Shown here in pieces: positions 12,335 through 24,286 of a stretch of DNA of 59,245 nt (its first letter is position 1; every line of letters starts with the position of its first letter). The stretch is from the NCBI RefSeq assembly GCF_006345805.1, contig NW_021833098.1:1-59245 (forward strand). The letters run 5' to 3'. The translations under genes and the position numbers were made by a program. Source of the DNA: Octopus sinensis. Lineage: Eukaryota. The notes under the pieces were generated by a model. The model searched no databases and was not told the DNA's origin. It saw nothing but the letters and a program-made list of their open reading frames with translations.

Positions 12335-12630
12335 TACGTTGTCGACCCCTGCTTGGCTCATAATAGCCAGTTTCCTGGTTTCATTGGCGTATAAGTTCCC
12401 TACCTGGATGAGAAGCCGGTCCGTCACAGGTGAGCTGCTGGGTGCAGGAGGAAAGAGTGAGAGCAAGTTGTGGCGAAAGTGTCAACAGAGGTTCGCCATT
12501 ACCTTCTGCCGGAGCCGCGTGGAGCTTAGGTGTTTCGCTCGTAAATACACATATCACCCTGTCTGAGATTTGAACCGGCGAACCCTCGACCTCGAGTCCG
12601 CTACTGTAACCCCTAAGCCATGTTCCTCCA
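12335..12630 (-). mobile_element. tRNA-derived SINE family C with a V-domain-like 3' part
   Basis: Minus-strand head GTGGAGGAACATGGCTTAGGGG...GGTTCAAATCTC; body CTAAGCTCCACGCGGCTCCGGCAGAAGG shared with 22436-22795 and 43787-44120; tail CCTGTGACGGACCGGCTTCTCATCCAGG resembles V-SINE consensus; ends in (AAC)n. Confidence 0.75.
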
Positions 12631-12632
12631 CA

Positions 12633-12664
<32 letters not shown>

Positions 12665-12702
12665 GATACACACATAAACATACACAAACGCACATATATA
12701 TA

Positions 12703-13090
12703 TTCTTTTACTTGCTTCAGTCATCTGACTTCGGCCATGCTGGAGCACAGCATTTAGTCGAAGAAATCGACTCTAGAATTTTTTCTTTGTAAGCCTAGTA
12801 CATATTTTACCGGCCATTTTTGCAGAATCGCTACACACACATACAAATACACACACACATTCACAGACACACACACACACACACTTTCACACACACACCA
12901 CACACACACACACACACATGTTTGTATATAAATCTGTTAACCACTTACGCACACAGTTTCCGTCTTCACAATTCACTCGCAAGAATATTACTGGTCTCCC
13001 AGCTATAACAGACGACATTTACCCAATGTACCGAGCAGAGGGACTGAACCCGGATCTATATTGTTGCTAAGCGAGCGTCTTAACCACAGG
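12703..13090 (-). mobile_element. SINE family A, degenerate, split by a (CA)n expansion
   Basis: Tail motif at 12703-12830 and head-side motifs at 12915-13090 (GGGACTGAACCCGGA). Confidence 0.75.
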
Positions 13091-13331
13091 CGTTAAGGCT
13101 CCCTTTCTTTCTTTCTTTCTTTCTTCATTAATTATTTAATTATTTCATTTCATGTAAGGAAGCTGGCCTCTATCCAAAGTAAAATTATTAAATAATCAAA
13201 CAAATAAATAAATAATAAGAATGTAAAATAAAAGAGACGTCTAGGCGTGGCATATAGGAGCTGGCGTGGCTGTATGGTAAGAAGTTTTCTTGTCAACAAC
13301 AAGGTCTGAGTTTAATCGCATTCTTTTCTTT

Positions 13332-14786
13332 TCTACTCTACGCATAAGGCCCGAAATTTTTGTGAAGGGAGCCAGTCGATTAGATCGACCCCAGTACGCA
13401 ACTGGTGCTTAATTTGTCGACCTTGAAAGGACAAAATGTAAAGTCGACCTCGGTGGAACTTGAACTCAGAACGTAAAGACAAACGAAATACCACTATGCA
13501 TTTTGCCCAGCTTGCTAACGTTTCTGCCAACTTACCGCCTTAAATATTGTATTTTACTCTAAGCACTAAGCCCGGAATTTTGGGGGAGGGGGCTAGTCGA
13601 TTAGATCGACCCCAGTACACAAACGCTACTTAATTTACCAACCTCTAAAGGATGAAAGGCAAAGTCGGCCTCGGCGGAATTTGAACTCAGAACGAAAAGA
13701 CAAACGAAATACCGCCCGGTGTGCTAACATTTATTATTTCTTTATTGCCCAGAAGGGGCTAAACATAGAGGGGACAAACACGGACAGACAAAGGGATTAA
13801 GTCGATTGCCTTGACCCCGGTACGTAACTGGTACTTAATTAATCGACCCCGAAAGGATGAAAGGCAAAGTCGACCTCGGTGGAATTTGAACTCAGTACAT
13901 AGACAGACGAAATACTACCCACAAAGGGCTAAACACAGAGGGGACGAACAAGGACAGACAAAGGGATTAAGTCGATTACATCGACCCCAGTGCGTAACTG
14001 GTAGTTATTTAATCGACCCCGAAAAGATGAAAGGCAAATTTGACCTCGGCGGAATTTGAACTCAGAACGTAACGTCAGACGAAACACCGCTATGCATTTC
14101 GCCCGGCGTGCTAACGTTTCTTATTTCTTTATTGCCCACAAGGTGCTAAACATAGAGGGGACAAACACGGACAGACAAAGGGATTAAGTCGATTACATCG
14201 ACTCCAGTGCGTAACTGGTAGTTATTTAATCGACCCCGACAGGATGAAAGGCAAAGTTGACCTCGGCGGAATTTGAACTCCGAACGTAAAGACAGACGAA
14301 ATACCGCTATGCATTTCGCCCGGCGTGCTATCGTTTCTTATTTCTTTATTGCCCACAAGGTGCTAAACATAGAGGGGACAAAACGGACAGACAAGGGATT
14401 AAGTCGATTACATCGACTCCAGTGCGTAACTGGTAGTTATTTAATCGACCCCGACAGGATGAAAGGCAAAGTTGACCTCGGCGGAATTTGAACTCCGAAC
14501 GTAAAGACAGACGAAATACCGCTATGCATTTTGCCCGGCGTGCTATCGTTTCTTATTTCTTTATTGCCCGCAAGGGGCTAAACATAGAGGGGACAAACAC
14601 GGACAGACAAAGGGATTAAGTCGATTACATCGACTCCAGTGTGTAACTGGTAGTTATTTAATCGACCCCGAAAGGATGAACGGCAAAGTTGACCTCGGCG
14701 GAATTTTTAACTCCGAACGTAAAGACAGACGAAATACCGCTAAGAATTTCGCCCGGCGTGCTAACGTTTCAGCCAACTCTCCGCCT
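13332..14786 (-). mobile_element. head-to-tail array of seven SINE family B units
   Basis: Five near-identical units of about 215-217 bp at 13740-14786 (AAGG landmark at 14140, 14357, 14572) plus two older copies with a different tail at 13332-13540 and 13555-13735; single intact head AGGCGGAGAGTTGGCTGAAACG at 14786. Confidence 0.92.
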
Positions 14787-15021
14787 TGTGGTATAACAAA
14801 TATTGAATGCTTCATATCAAACTTCAAACGATCTTTGACATGTTGCTATCTCTTGTGCAAGTCTTTTTTCTAGTCAAATTAGTTATTTCGCATTTCAGGA
14901 TGTCGTTGCTTTTCCTATATCACGACAGAGTGACTAGTTTGTATTCAGATTAGTTTTAACTTCGATGACAGTGTTATACTTCTTTTCAATACATTTTCAA
15001 CATATTAACAATTATAAAAAA

Positions 15022-15421
15022 CTAGCAGTATCGCCCGGCGTTGCTCGGGTTTGTAAGGGAAATAACTATATAAGCATTTTTAGAGAGTTATAGCCAAAAG
15101 ATAGCAAAAAAATGCAATAAAAATGGAAAAAAATGATGGTAAATTTTTTTTTAATCGTTGACTCATCGTAGACATTATTAGAGAGTTACTTCCCTTATAT
15201 GATAGCGAAAAAAATGCATTAAAATGGAAAAAAATGATGGTAAATTTTTTTTAAATCGTAGACTCATCGTAGACCTGCGCTAATACTCAGACGGGCTCGA
15301 TATGAACCACGACTATAAGATACCCGGTTTTGGTTAAACTGCACCGCAAAATGTGGGAGTAGTTAGGAATCTAAATCGTAGGAGACAGACACTCACACAA
15401 CTTCACTTTTATATATAAAGA
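15022..15421 (-). mobile_element. non-autonomous Helitron, second family
   Basis: Minus strand A|TCTTTATATATAAAAGTG ... CCCGAGCAACGCCGGG-CGATACTG-CTAG|T; contains an internal direct repeat of about 95 bp. Confidence 0.85.
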
Positions 15422-16102
15422 TGAGTGTATAAGTTTTTCAGAGAAAATTGAAAACGTTTTGCATAAAATGCATACCAAGCAGACAGGAATCTTTCTCGCA
15501 CAATCCCTTTGCTATAAAATATATTTAATGATAAGCTACCATGGACGATTTTGTCAGTTAGCGAAAAGTAGAAATATTATACCAAAAGCTGGACGTACAC
15601 TTACAGGATTATTTCGTTTGCTCTGCTGCTGTCTTGTGTAAATGTCTTCTAATATAGCCTCGGGGCGTCCAAAGCCTTGCTAGTGGATTTGGGGGACGGA
15701 AACTGAAAGAAGCTTGCCGTATATGTATATAAACATAACTAAAGGATAAAATCATTAAAATTAATGAATTTTATCAATGGCCAGCATATAAAAAATAACC
15801 TTTTAGGTAAAGTGTGCTTATCTGTGCGTATGTATAAACATTTTCATTTCTTTCATTCAGTATGTTTTGCTGATGAACGAAAAGTTATTAAATTAATCCA
15901 AAAGTTGATCAATCCCAAACTATCTAAATTATTTTTTTAATTTTAAATCAGTCCGCTTTCACGCTTTCAACCTGTCTATATATTGTGAAGATTTGCAGTG
16001 GCTGGACGTATTTAACGTCTATTTTCAGCATATAGGCATGGTACCTTCCGTGTCCTTAAGTATAATTGTATCCTATACAATTATCTCTCTCTCTCTCTCT
16101 CT

Positions 16103-16133
<31 letters not shown>

Positions 16134-16161
16134 CACGCCCCACACCACACCACCAACACAC

Positions 16162-16235
<74 letters not shown>

Positions 16236-16275
16236 TATATATATATACACGCCCCACACCACACCACCAACACAC

Positions 16276-16344
<69 letters not shown>

Positions 16345-16347
<3 letters not shown>

Positions 16348-16573
16348 TAAGAGGAATGACCACTGGGTGGATTCGTTGTATGCTAAAGGTAGACCTCATA
16401 TGGCCTGACCACTAAGAAAATTTCTTCTCAAGAAAATTCGGCAAACGCCAGAACTTAAAGCGAGCAAGACAAACGCTTTACGTTCTGATGTTTGCCGAAT
16501 TTTCTTGAGAACAATTTTATGGGGTCTACCTTTAGCATATTAGGAATCCACCTAGTGCTCATTTCTCTTATAT
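16345..16573. mobile_element. fold-back (hairpin) element, MITE-like
   Basis: ATAAGAGGAATGACCACTGGGTGGATTC pairs with GAATCCACCTAGTGCTCATTTCTCTTAT; inner arms CTCAAGAAAATTCGGCAAAC / GTTTGCCGAATTTTCTTGAG. Confidence 0.75.
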
Positions 16574-16707
16574 GTTTGTAATATAATTTTCTGAATCTTC
16601 AGATTTTTTCAATATGCTAGGCCAATGGGTAAAATTGATATTAATTTAATCAATATCAATTTTTATCCTTATTATTTAAATTTATATATGTGTGTGTGTA
16701 TGTGTGT

Positions 16708-16910
16708 GTGTTTGTCTCCAACCACCGCTTAGCAAATGGTGTTGGGTTGTTTACGTCCCCATACTTTAGTGGTTCAGCAAAAGATCGATAAATGAAGTAC
16801 CACACTTAACAAAAAATAATAGTTATGGGGTCAAATTCATTCGACTAAATATCCTTCAATGTGGTGCCCCACCATGGTCGCAGTCTAATGACTGAAACAA
16901 GCACAAGAAA
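16708..16910 (+). mobile_element. SINE family A, 3' half, degenerate
   Basis: TTTACGTCCCC..TTAGTGGTTCAGCAAAAG ... ATGGTCGCAGTCTAATGACTGAAACAAG. Confidence 0.75.
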
Positions 16911-17457
16911 ACGCACAAAAGATTCCTGGAACATAAATGGCAAAAGCTAAGAAGGATTACGTCGTGTTGAATTTTCGAAATTTTTGGCGTATTTTTACGG
17001 TTTCCCTTCAAGATCGTATTTGCCGAGTGCGTGTTTTCTGGTTACTGTTCATGCCTATGCCCACCCCGACCGCTAGCCGTTCCAGATTATCAGTTAGACA
17101 TTTAGTAATGTCAACAAGTGCAGCAATGACTAAGGCTAGAAAATGTATATTATTCATCTTGATAATGAAATTCTAGTTTTCGAAACAGCTGGCCATAGAT
17201 ATTATCTTTCGCACACATTCCCATGCACGCGTATACACATGCACACAGACGTGTGAGTGTGAACGTGTGTATTTGTGTGTTCCGTTTTACATATGGATAC
17301 ATACATAGATATGTAAATATATATATTTGGGTATAAATATATATATATATTTATATACGTATATACATGTATATATTTGTGTGTATATTTATATCTGTGT
17401 GTGTGTGTGTGCGTGTATATATATATGTATGTATACATATGTACATATATACCAAGA

Positions 17458-17501
<44 letters not shown>

Positions 17502-18275
17502 AAAGGAGGAGGAGGAGGAGAAGAAGAAGAAGAAGAAGAAGAAGAAGAAGAAGAAGAAGAAGAAGAAGAAGAAGAAGAAGAAGAAGAAGAAGAAGAAAAC
17601 AGCAAAGTATGGAGTCGTAAGCAAACCAACTCCAATTGTCAAGCGGTGACGGCGGCGCTGAAACAGAGACGCGCGATATATTCATGATGATGATGATGAT
17701 AATGATGATAAAGACAATGATGATGATGATGATGATTGTTGATGCTTATAGTAGAAAGGAATATGGTTACGATCTTCCGTCTGCAAATACGTATTTCTGC
17801 GTTCGAATCCACTGCGCACTGCTCTGAATAAGTAAGGGGTTCATCAGCCATAATTTAGGGTCCACCCGTGCCTTGTGACGGATATTGGATAAACGGAAAG
17901 TGCGTAAATCTGTCGTCTGGATTGCTTCCGTTCTGGGAATGTAAGTAGATCAATTCCAACAGCAATAACAACAACTACGGTGACAACAACCTCATGGGCA
18001 GGCACATCATCATCATCAACATCATCAACAGCAAAAACAAGGGTGTCGCTGGCCGGTACGTTGGTGTGTTGGAAACCATCTTCTGGCTCTGTTGATTGCG
18101 TGTAATATCAAACAAACAAACTCACAAACAGTCAACAAAATTTATTGATTTGTGTGATTTACTGCGTTGGCTTCAAACGCGATTTGGAAAAGAAAAAATG
18201 CTGATGTAATAACTGCTGCAAACTGTTGAAGATTGGTGAAGAGAACAGCACCGTGTCTTGATGAAAGTTAGCTGT

Positions 18276-19160
18276 GGTCTGCCTTGCTTGAGGGCCCGAA
18301 ACGGTCTGCCTTTGCTTGATGGCCCGTCTGTCGTGCTTGAGGGCCCGTCTACGAGGATTCGAAACGGTCTACCTTCCTTGATGGCCCGTCTGTCTTGCTT
18401 CAGGGCCCGTCTACCTTCCTTGAGGATTCGAAACGGTCTACCTTGCTTGATGGCCCGTCTGTCTTGCTTGAGGGCCCGTCTACCTTACTTGAGGATTCGA
18501 AACGGTCTGCTTTGCTTAATTTCTCGAAGTGGTCTGCTTTGCTTGAGGGCCCGAAACGGCCTGCCTTGCATGATGTCCCGTCTGTCTTGCCTTACTTGAG
18601 GGCTCGAAACGGTCTACCTTGCTTGAAAGCCAAAACAGACTGCCTTGCTTGAGGGCCTGTCTGCTTTGCTTGAGTGTCCGAAACGGTCTGCCTTGCTTGA
18701 GGGCTCTAAACGGTCTGCCTTACTTGAGGGCCCCAAAGATCTGCCTTGCTTGAGGGCTCCAAATGGTCTGTCTTGCTTAAGGGCCCCAAACGGTCTGCCT
18801 TACTTGAGAGCCCGAAACAGTTTGCCTTGCTTGAGGGCCCATCTACCTTGCTTGGTGCCCCAAACGATCTGCCTAGCTTGAGGGTCCCTCTGCCTTGCTT
18901 GGTGCCAGTCTGTCTTGCTTGAGTGCTTGAAGTTGTCTACTTGAAGGCCCAAAACGGTCTGCCTAGCTTGGTTGCTCGAAGTGGTCTACTTTGCTTGAGT
19001 GCACGCAATGTTCTACCTTGCTTGAGTGCCCCAAACGGTCTGCCTTGCTTGTGGGCCCGTCTGTTTTGCTTGAGTGCCCGAAATGAGAGAGCCTGTCTGC
19101 TTTGCTTGGGTGCTCAAAGTGGTCTGCCTTGCTTGAGTTCACGAGGCGGTTTGCCTCGAG
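18276..19160. repeat. GC-rich minisatellite of 27-bp and 21-bp units
   Basis: Consensus GGTCTGCCTTGCTTGAGGGCCCGAAAC (27) and GTCTGCCTTGCTTGAGGGCCC (21); 69-bp higher-order repeat (CTTGATGG at 18377 and 18446). Confidence 0.9.
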
Positions 19161-19552
19161 TTAGACGCCAAACTATTTAACTAGGGTGAAACGGGCGCAA
19201 GCTTTAGAATATTCTAGAAACCATATCTCGCGATAGCTTGACACTGATTGGTCGATATATAGATTAAATCACGTAAAAGTTTAATGACATACACATGATT
19301 ATTCCGCGGTTGGGGTTCGAATCCCTATAAGAGTAACTGCAACGATCCCAGCAACAGCCACAACATTCACAGTACCCAGAGCATTAGCAACAACCACAAC
19401 TCCGATAGCAACATAAATATAAACCGCAACAGCAATCATAATTTCTGAATCACGGTTTCTTTCCCCATTTTCGCCCTAGATTCTCTAAAAAGGTGATGTC
19501 CATTGTTATCCCTTTTCTGACTAACCCATGAAAAACTACTAATAAATTAATG

Positions 19553-19940
19553 AGCAAGCATGGTTGTGCTGAGAACCTTGCTTCTCAATCACATGGTTCC
19601 GGGTTCAGTCCCCTACGTGGCACCTCGTAGGAGTTTTCTAGTATAGCCCTGAGCCGCCTAAGGCCTTGCAAGCAGATTTGGTAGACAGAAGGCTAAAGTC
19701 CGTCCTCTGTGTGCGTGTATGTGTGTTCGCTTATGTTTTTGTTTGTCTCTTCACCACCTCTTTACAAAGAGTGTTGGTATGCTTACGTGCCCGTACTCTA
19801 GCGGTTCACTAAAAAGGGAACGATAGAAAAAGGACCAGGCTTAGAAACAAATACTGGGGTCGATTTGTGTGGTTAAATCCTTCAAAGCGGTACTCCAGAA
19901 TGGCCACAATCCAATGACTGAAATACGTAAAAGAAGATAA
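19553..19940 (+). mobile_element. SINE family A, full length, degenerate
   Basis: CACATGGTTCCGGGTTCAGTCCC head through ATGGCCACAATCCAATGACTGAAATACGTAAAAGA tail. Confidence 0.8.
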
Positions 19941-20654
19941 ATAACTAAAGCAAGAAAGAAAGAAAGAAGAAAGACAGAAAGGGAGGAATGAATGAATGAA
20001 AGAAAAAAGAAAGGAAGGGAGGAAGGAAGGAAGAAAGAAAGAATGGAAGAAAGGAAGAAAGAAAGGAAAAGAAAGAGAGCGAGAAAAGAAGAGAGGAAGG
20101 AAGAAGATGGAAAGAGAGGAAGAAAGAAGAAAAAAGAAAGGAAGAAAGGAAGAAAGAAAAGAAAGATAGAAAGAAAGAAAGAAGGAGAGGAAGAAAGAGA
20201 GAAAGATAAAAAGAAAAGAAAAAACAAATTAATGAAATAAATAAATAAATAAAATAATGAATGTGTTTTTAGAATAAAAATAGCGCAATTAAAAGGCATT
20301 TTGGAATCCTTGTCCATTCTTGGGTTGGGGAAGAAATTGCGTAGAATTGGTGAAATAAATCATTCGATGTTGTCTGGTATGAGACAGACGGAGAATATTG
20401 AGAAGACAAAAATAGGCATAGACACGTACATATACATCCAAACACACACATGCACGCAAAAAGCACACACACTCCCACACACACATACACACATATACAA
20501 GGACAAGCATGCAAGGACATACACAGAGATAATTTTAAGCAAATACACATGGAGCAACAAAAGTACACATCTACATGTATATATATATATATATACACGT
20601 TTATATAATAGACGCACACGCACATACACACACGCACACGCACGACATCAATCG

Positions 20655-20945
20655 GCTCTCCGTCGGTTACGACGACGCGTGTTCAAGTTGATCCGATCAA
20701 TGGAATAGCCTGCTCATGAGATCTACATGCAAGTGGCTGAGCACTCCACAGACACGCGCGTGGCCTTCATGTAGTTCTCAGGGAGACACAGAATATGACC
20801 AAGTCTGAGTTACAAATACAACTCGTTTTTACCCGCTGAGTGAACTGAGCAACGTGAAATAAAGTGTCTTGATCAAGGACACATCACGCCGCTAGGAATC
20901 GAACTCACGGCCTTTAGATCGTGAACGGATTACCCTAATCGCTAA
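20655..20945 (-). mobile_element. tRNA/CORE-like SINE carrying the family C-type 3' tail
   Basis: Minus strand GAGTTCGATTCC B box; GTGTCCTTGATCAAGACACTTTATTTCACGTTGCTCAGTTCACTCAG (CORE-like, as in 41927-42270); tail CTCCGTCGGTTACGACGAC shared with 22436. Confidence 0.75.
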
Positions 20946-20970
20946 AAATATATAACTACATACACTTCAA

Positions 20971-21372
20971 GCCTGGCTGTGTGGTAAGAAGCTTGCATCC
21001 CAACCACATGGTTCTGGGTTCAGTCCCACAACGTGACGCCTTGCACAAATGTCTCCTACCATAACGCTGGGCCGACCAAAACATTGGAGTGGATTTGGTA
21101 GACGGAAACTGAAAGAAGCCCGTCGTATATATATGTGTGTGCGCGCGCGCGCGTGTGTGTATGCGTCTGTGATTGCCCCCTTCTACTGATTGACAACCGG
21201 TATTGGTGTGTTTACATCTCCCTTAGTGGTTCAAGAAAAAAACAGACTAATAAAGGACGTATCAGGTTTTTGAAAATTTTAGTACCGGGGTCGATTCGTT
21301 CGACGGAAAATTCTTCATGGCAATGCCTCAGTACAGCCGCAGTCTAATGACTGGAACATGTGAAAGATAAAA
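20971..21372 (+). mobile_element. SINE family A, full length
   Basis: TGGCTGTGTGGTAAGAAGCTTGC ... GGGTTCAGTCCC ... GCCGCAGTCTAATGACTGGAACATG. Confidence 0.85.
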
Positions 21373-22342
21373 ACGTTACATATATACATGGCTATATACA
21401 GAGACAAACATACACAGACAATCAAACAAACCCGTACACTCGTGCACAGAGAGTCTTCTGTAATATATGCTGACACCTAATGATGCAATCGTATATTAAC
21501 GGGTTTGTTTTGTACAGCCCGCATTCATTTGTGCCTCTCTTGGCTTGTGTACGTTTGACAGAGACGTAAGAGAGAGTAATTTTAGCAAGACATTTGGAGT
21601 GCTTCTTCCACTTCTTGTATTAAAAAATTGAAAAATAACCACACACAGACACACACATACGCACACACACGCACACACACGCACACACACATACACACAC
21701 ACCCGCGCGCCCACACACGCACACACACAAGCACTGACGCACACACACACTCGCATGCACGCACACACACACACTCGCATGCACGCACACACACACACAC
21801 TCGCATGCACGCACACACACACGTACACACACACTCGCACACACACACACTCGCACACACACGCACACACACGCACACTCGCGCGCACACACACACTCGC
21901 GCACACATACATATGCACACACACACTCACATATACATGCACACACACACACGCACACGCACATACACACACATACACGCACACTCACCCGTACACGCAC
22001 ACCCTTCCACACAGATACTGGAGAGGAAATTAAAAACGTTTTATCAAAACGCGGCTGACAAGTCGTACAGAAATGATTCCTTATTAGACACTGGTGACAT
22101 ATAGAGTATATACGCCACGATACACATGACAACGTAAGAACACACTCCGTCCTACTCACACATACATGGAACTGCGGTAAATACACACTCCAAATATAAC
22201 GCTCCACACACACAGGGAAACACACACACATAACATCATGGAGTGCAAACGTATATACATACATTCTCTCAAAATAAATGTCCTATATACATACCACGTA
22301 TAGTCACTTAAACATACACAAATTATATAAATACTTGTGTGA

Positions 22343-22396
<54 letters not shown>

Positions 22397-22435
22397 TTTG
22401 TGTGTGTGTGTGTGCGTGCGTTTGCGTGTGTATAT

Positions 22436-22795
22436 ATCGTGGCACTCCGTCGGTTACGACGACGAGGGTTCCAGATGATCCGATCTACGGAACAGCCTGC
22501 TCGTGAAATTAGCGTGCAAGTGGTTGAGCACTCCACTGACACGTGTGCCCTTAACGTAGTTCTCGGGGAGATTCAGCGTGACAGGGGCTGGTCCTTTGAA
22601 ATAGAGGTACAACAGAAACAGGAAGAAAGTTGTGGTGAAAGAGTACAGCAGGGTTTGCCAGCACATCCTGCCGGAGCCTCGTGGAGCTTTAGGCGTTTTC
22701 GCTCAATAAACACTCACAACGCCTGGTCTGGGAATCGAAACCGCGATCCTACGCCAGGGAGTCCGTTGCCCTAACCACTGTATATTGCGCCTCCA
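22436..22795 (-). mobile_element. tRNA-derived SINE family C
   Basis: Minus-strand head GTGGAGGCGCAATATACAGTGGTTAGGGC ... GGTTTCGATTCC; collinear with 43787-44120. Confidence 0.85.
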
Positions 22796-22802
22796 CTGTG
22801 TA

Positions 22803-22835
<33 letters not shown>

Positions 22836-22915
22836 TACAAACACATGTAGAAACACACAAACGTTACGCATCTTACATATTCAAACACACACACACACAT
22901 ACACACACTTATACC

Positions 22916-22995
<80 letters not shown>

Positions 22996-23307
22996 CAGGG
23001 TTACGGACTGAAAAAGTGACGCACACGAACCTACAAAATATTATTTTAGTCTAAGCGTGATATTGAATTACTGAAAAGGCACAATAACTCGATATTAATT
23101 TATATCTATGTTAATTAACCAAGCAGGTCGACTGACCAGATAATGAAAACATAGAATAGGTTCCCTAAGGTACCTAGTCAGGCTTTTTTTATATTTCGAT
23201 GACTGTTGAACTCTTCAGCAGTTGTTGAACGAAAACAATTTAAACATTTATAGCTCCAACCATCACAATTGGTTTTGATGAAAATCGATCAAGAAGGAAA
23301 AAACAAC

Positions 23308-23655
23308 GATTAGATAAACCCCAGTATGGAGCTGGTACTTAATTTATCGACCCCGAAAGAATGATAGGCAAAGTCGACCTCGGCGGAATTTGAACTCAAA
23401 ACGTAAAGACAGATGAAATACTGCTAAGCATTTGGCCCAGTGCGCTAGCGTTACTGGTTTCAACTTTGGGCACAAGGCAAGCATTTCTGACGAAAAGATA
23501 GGTCGATTTCATCGACCCTAGTGCTCAAGTGGTATTTTCGCTCCCGAAAAGATGAAAGGTAAATTCAACCTCGGTGAATCTGAACTCAGAACGTAAAGAC
23601 GGGCCGAAAAGACCGCTAAGCATTACACACGGCGTGCTAACGATTCTGCCAGCAC
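23308..23655 (-). mobile_element. two adjacent SINE family B copies
   Basis: ATCGACCCCGAAAGAATGATAGGCAAAGTCGACCTCGGCGGAATTTGAACTC core present twice. Confidence 0.85.
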
Positions 23656-23881
23656 AACGTCTTGATCACTTTATATATTAACAGGAAGTATTATGTGTCT
23701 TAGAAAGTAGTAAGAGATACCTTCCGCTGGAGGAATATAAATTGGGAAATTGAAATACAAACCAGTAAATCGATGAGCATAATCACTGGCAATACAATTT
23801 CAGTTAATTAAGATAAGATATTTGATCATTGCGAGAGCAATTACTTGAATGTCAGTCTCTACGGTAGATTATTAATTTCTG

Positions 23882-24286
23882 GGATCTTTTCGGTTTGAAC
23901 GGCAGTTTTTTAATATAATTTCCACGTAACTAAACACTTTTAAACTTCGTATCCTGGTAGAATGTGTTTATAAAACATCTTTTTTTCTTGGCTTTTTTGA
24001 GAAAATTCTATAGTTTGTAAGATATTTGTTGTTGTTTTCTTCAATTTCTGCAATTTCAACCTATCAATGATTTCTTTTGAGGTGAAATGTCCCTCGTTTA
24101 AGAAACAGATTGGGTTTATTTACATTTCTGAAGAAAAAAAGATACCCTTCCCTCACCACTAACCCTAACCCTAACCCTAACTAACCCTAACCCTAAAACA
24201 GACTGAAATGCAATAGATCGATAATTATGGGTGACAATTTCATATGACACCGCTAGAAAAAACTGCCGTTCAAACCGAAAAGATCC
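23882..24286. mobile_element. MITE with perfect 30-bp TIRs and an internal telomeric-type repeat
   Basis: GGATCTTTTCGGTTTGAACGGCAGTTTTTT (23882-23911) and its exact reverse complement (24257-24286); (CTAACC)n at 24159-24196. Confidence 0.85.

Noticed and set aside
13332-14786. CRISPR-like appearance of the regular repeat array
   Set aside because: Units are about 216-bp full repeats with no unique spacers, carry Pol III boxes, and there are no cas genes; eukaryotic context.
18276-19160. Hammerhead-like look of CTTGAGGGCCCGAAACGGTC
   Set aside because: GAAAC-G-GTC resembles the helix III side, but there is no CUGANGA core and no room for helix II.
24159-24196. True telomere or chromosome-fusion scar
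   Set aside because: Only about six units, one orientation, and enclosed by MITE TIRs.
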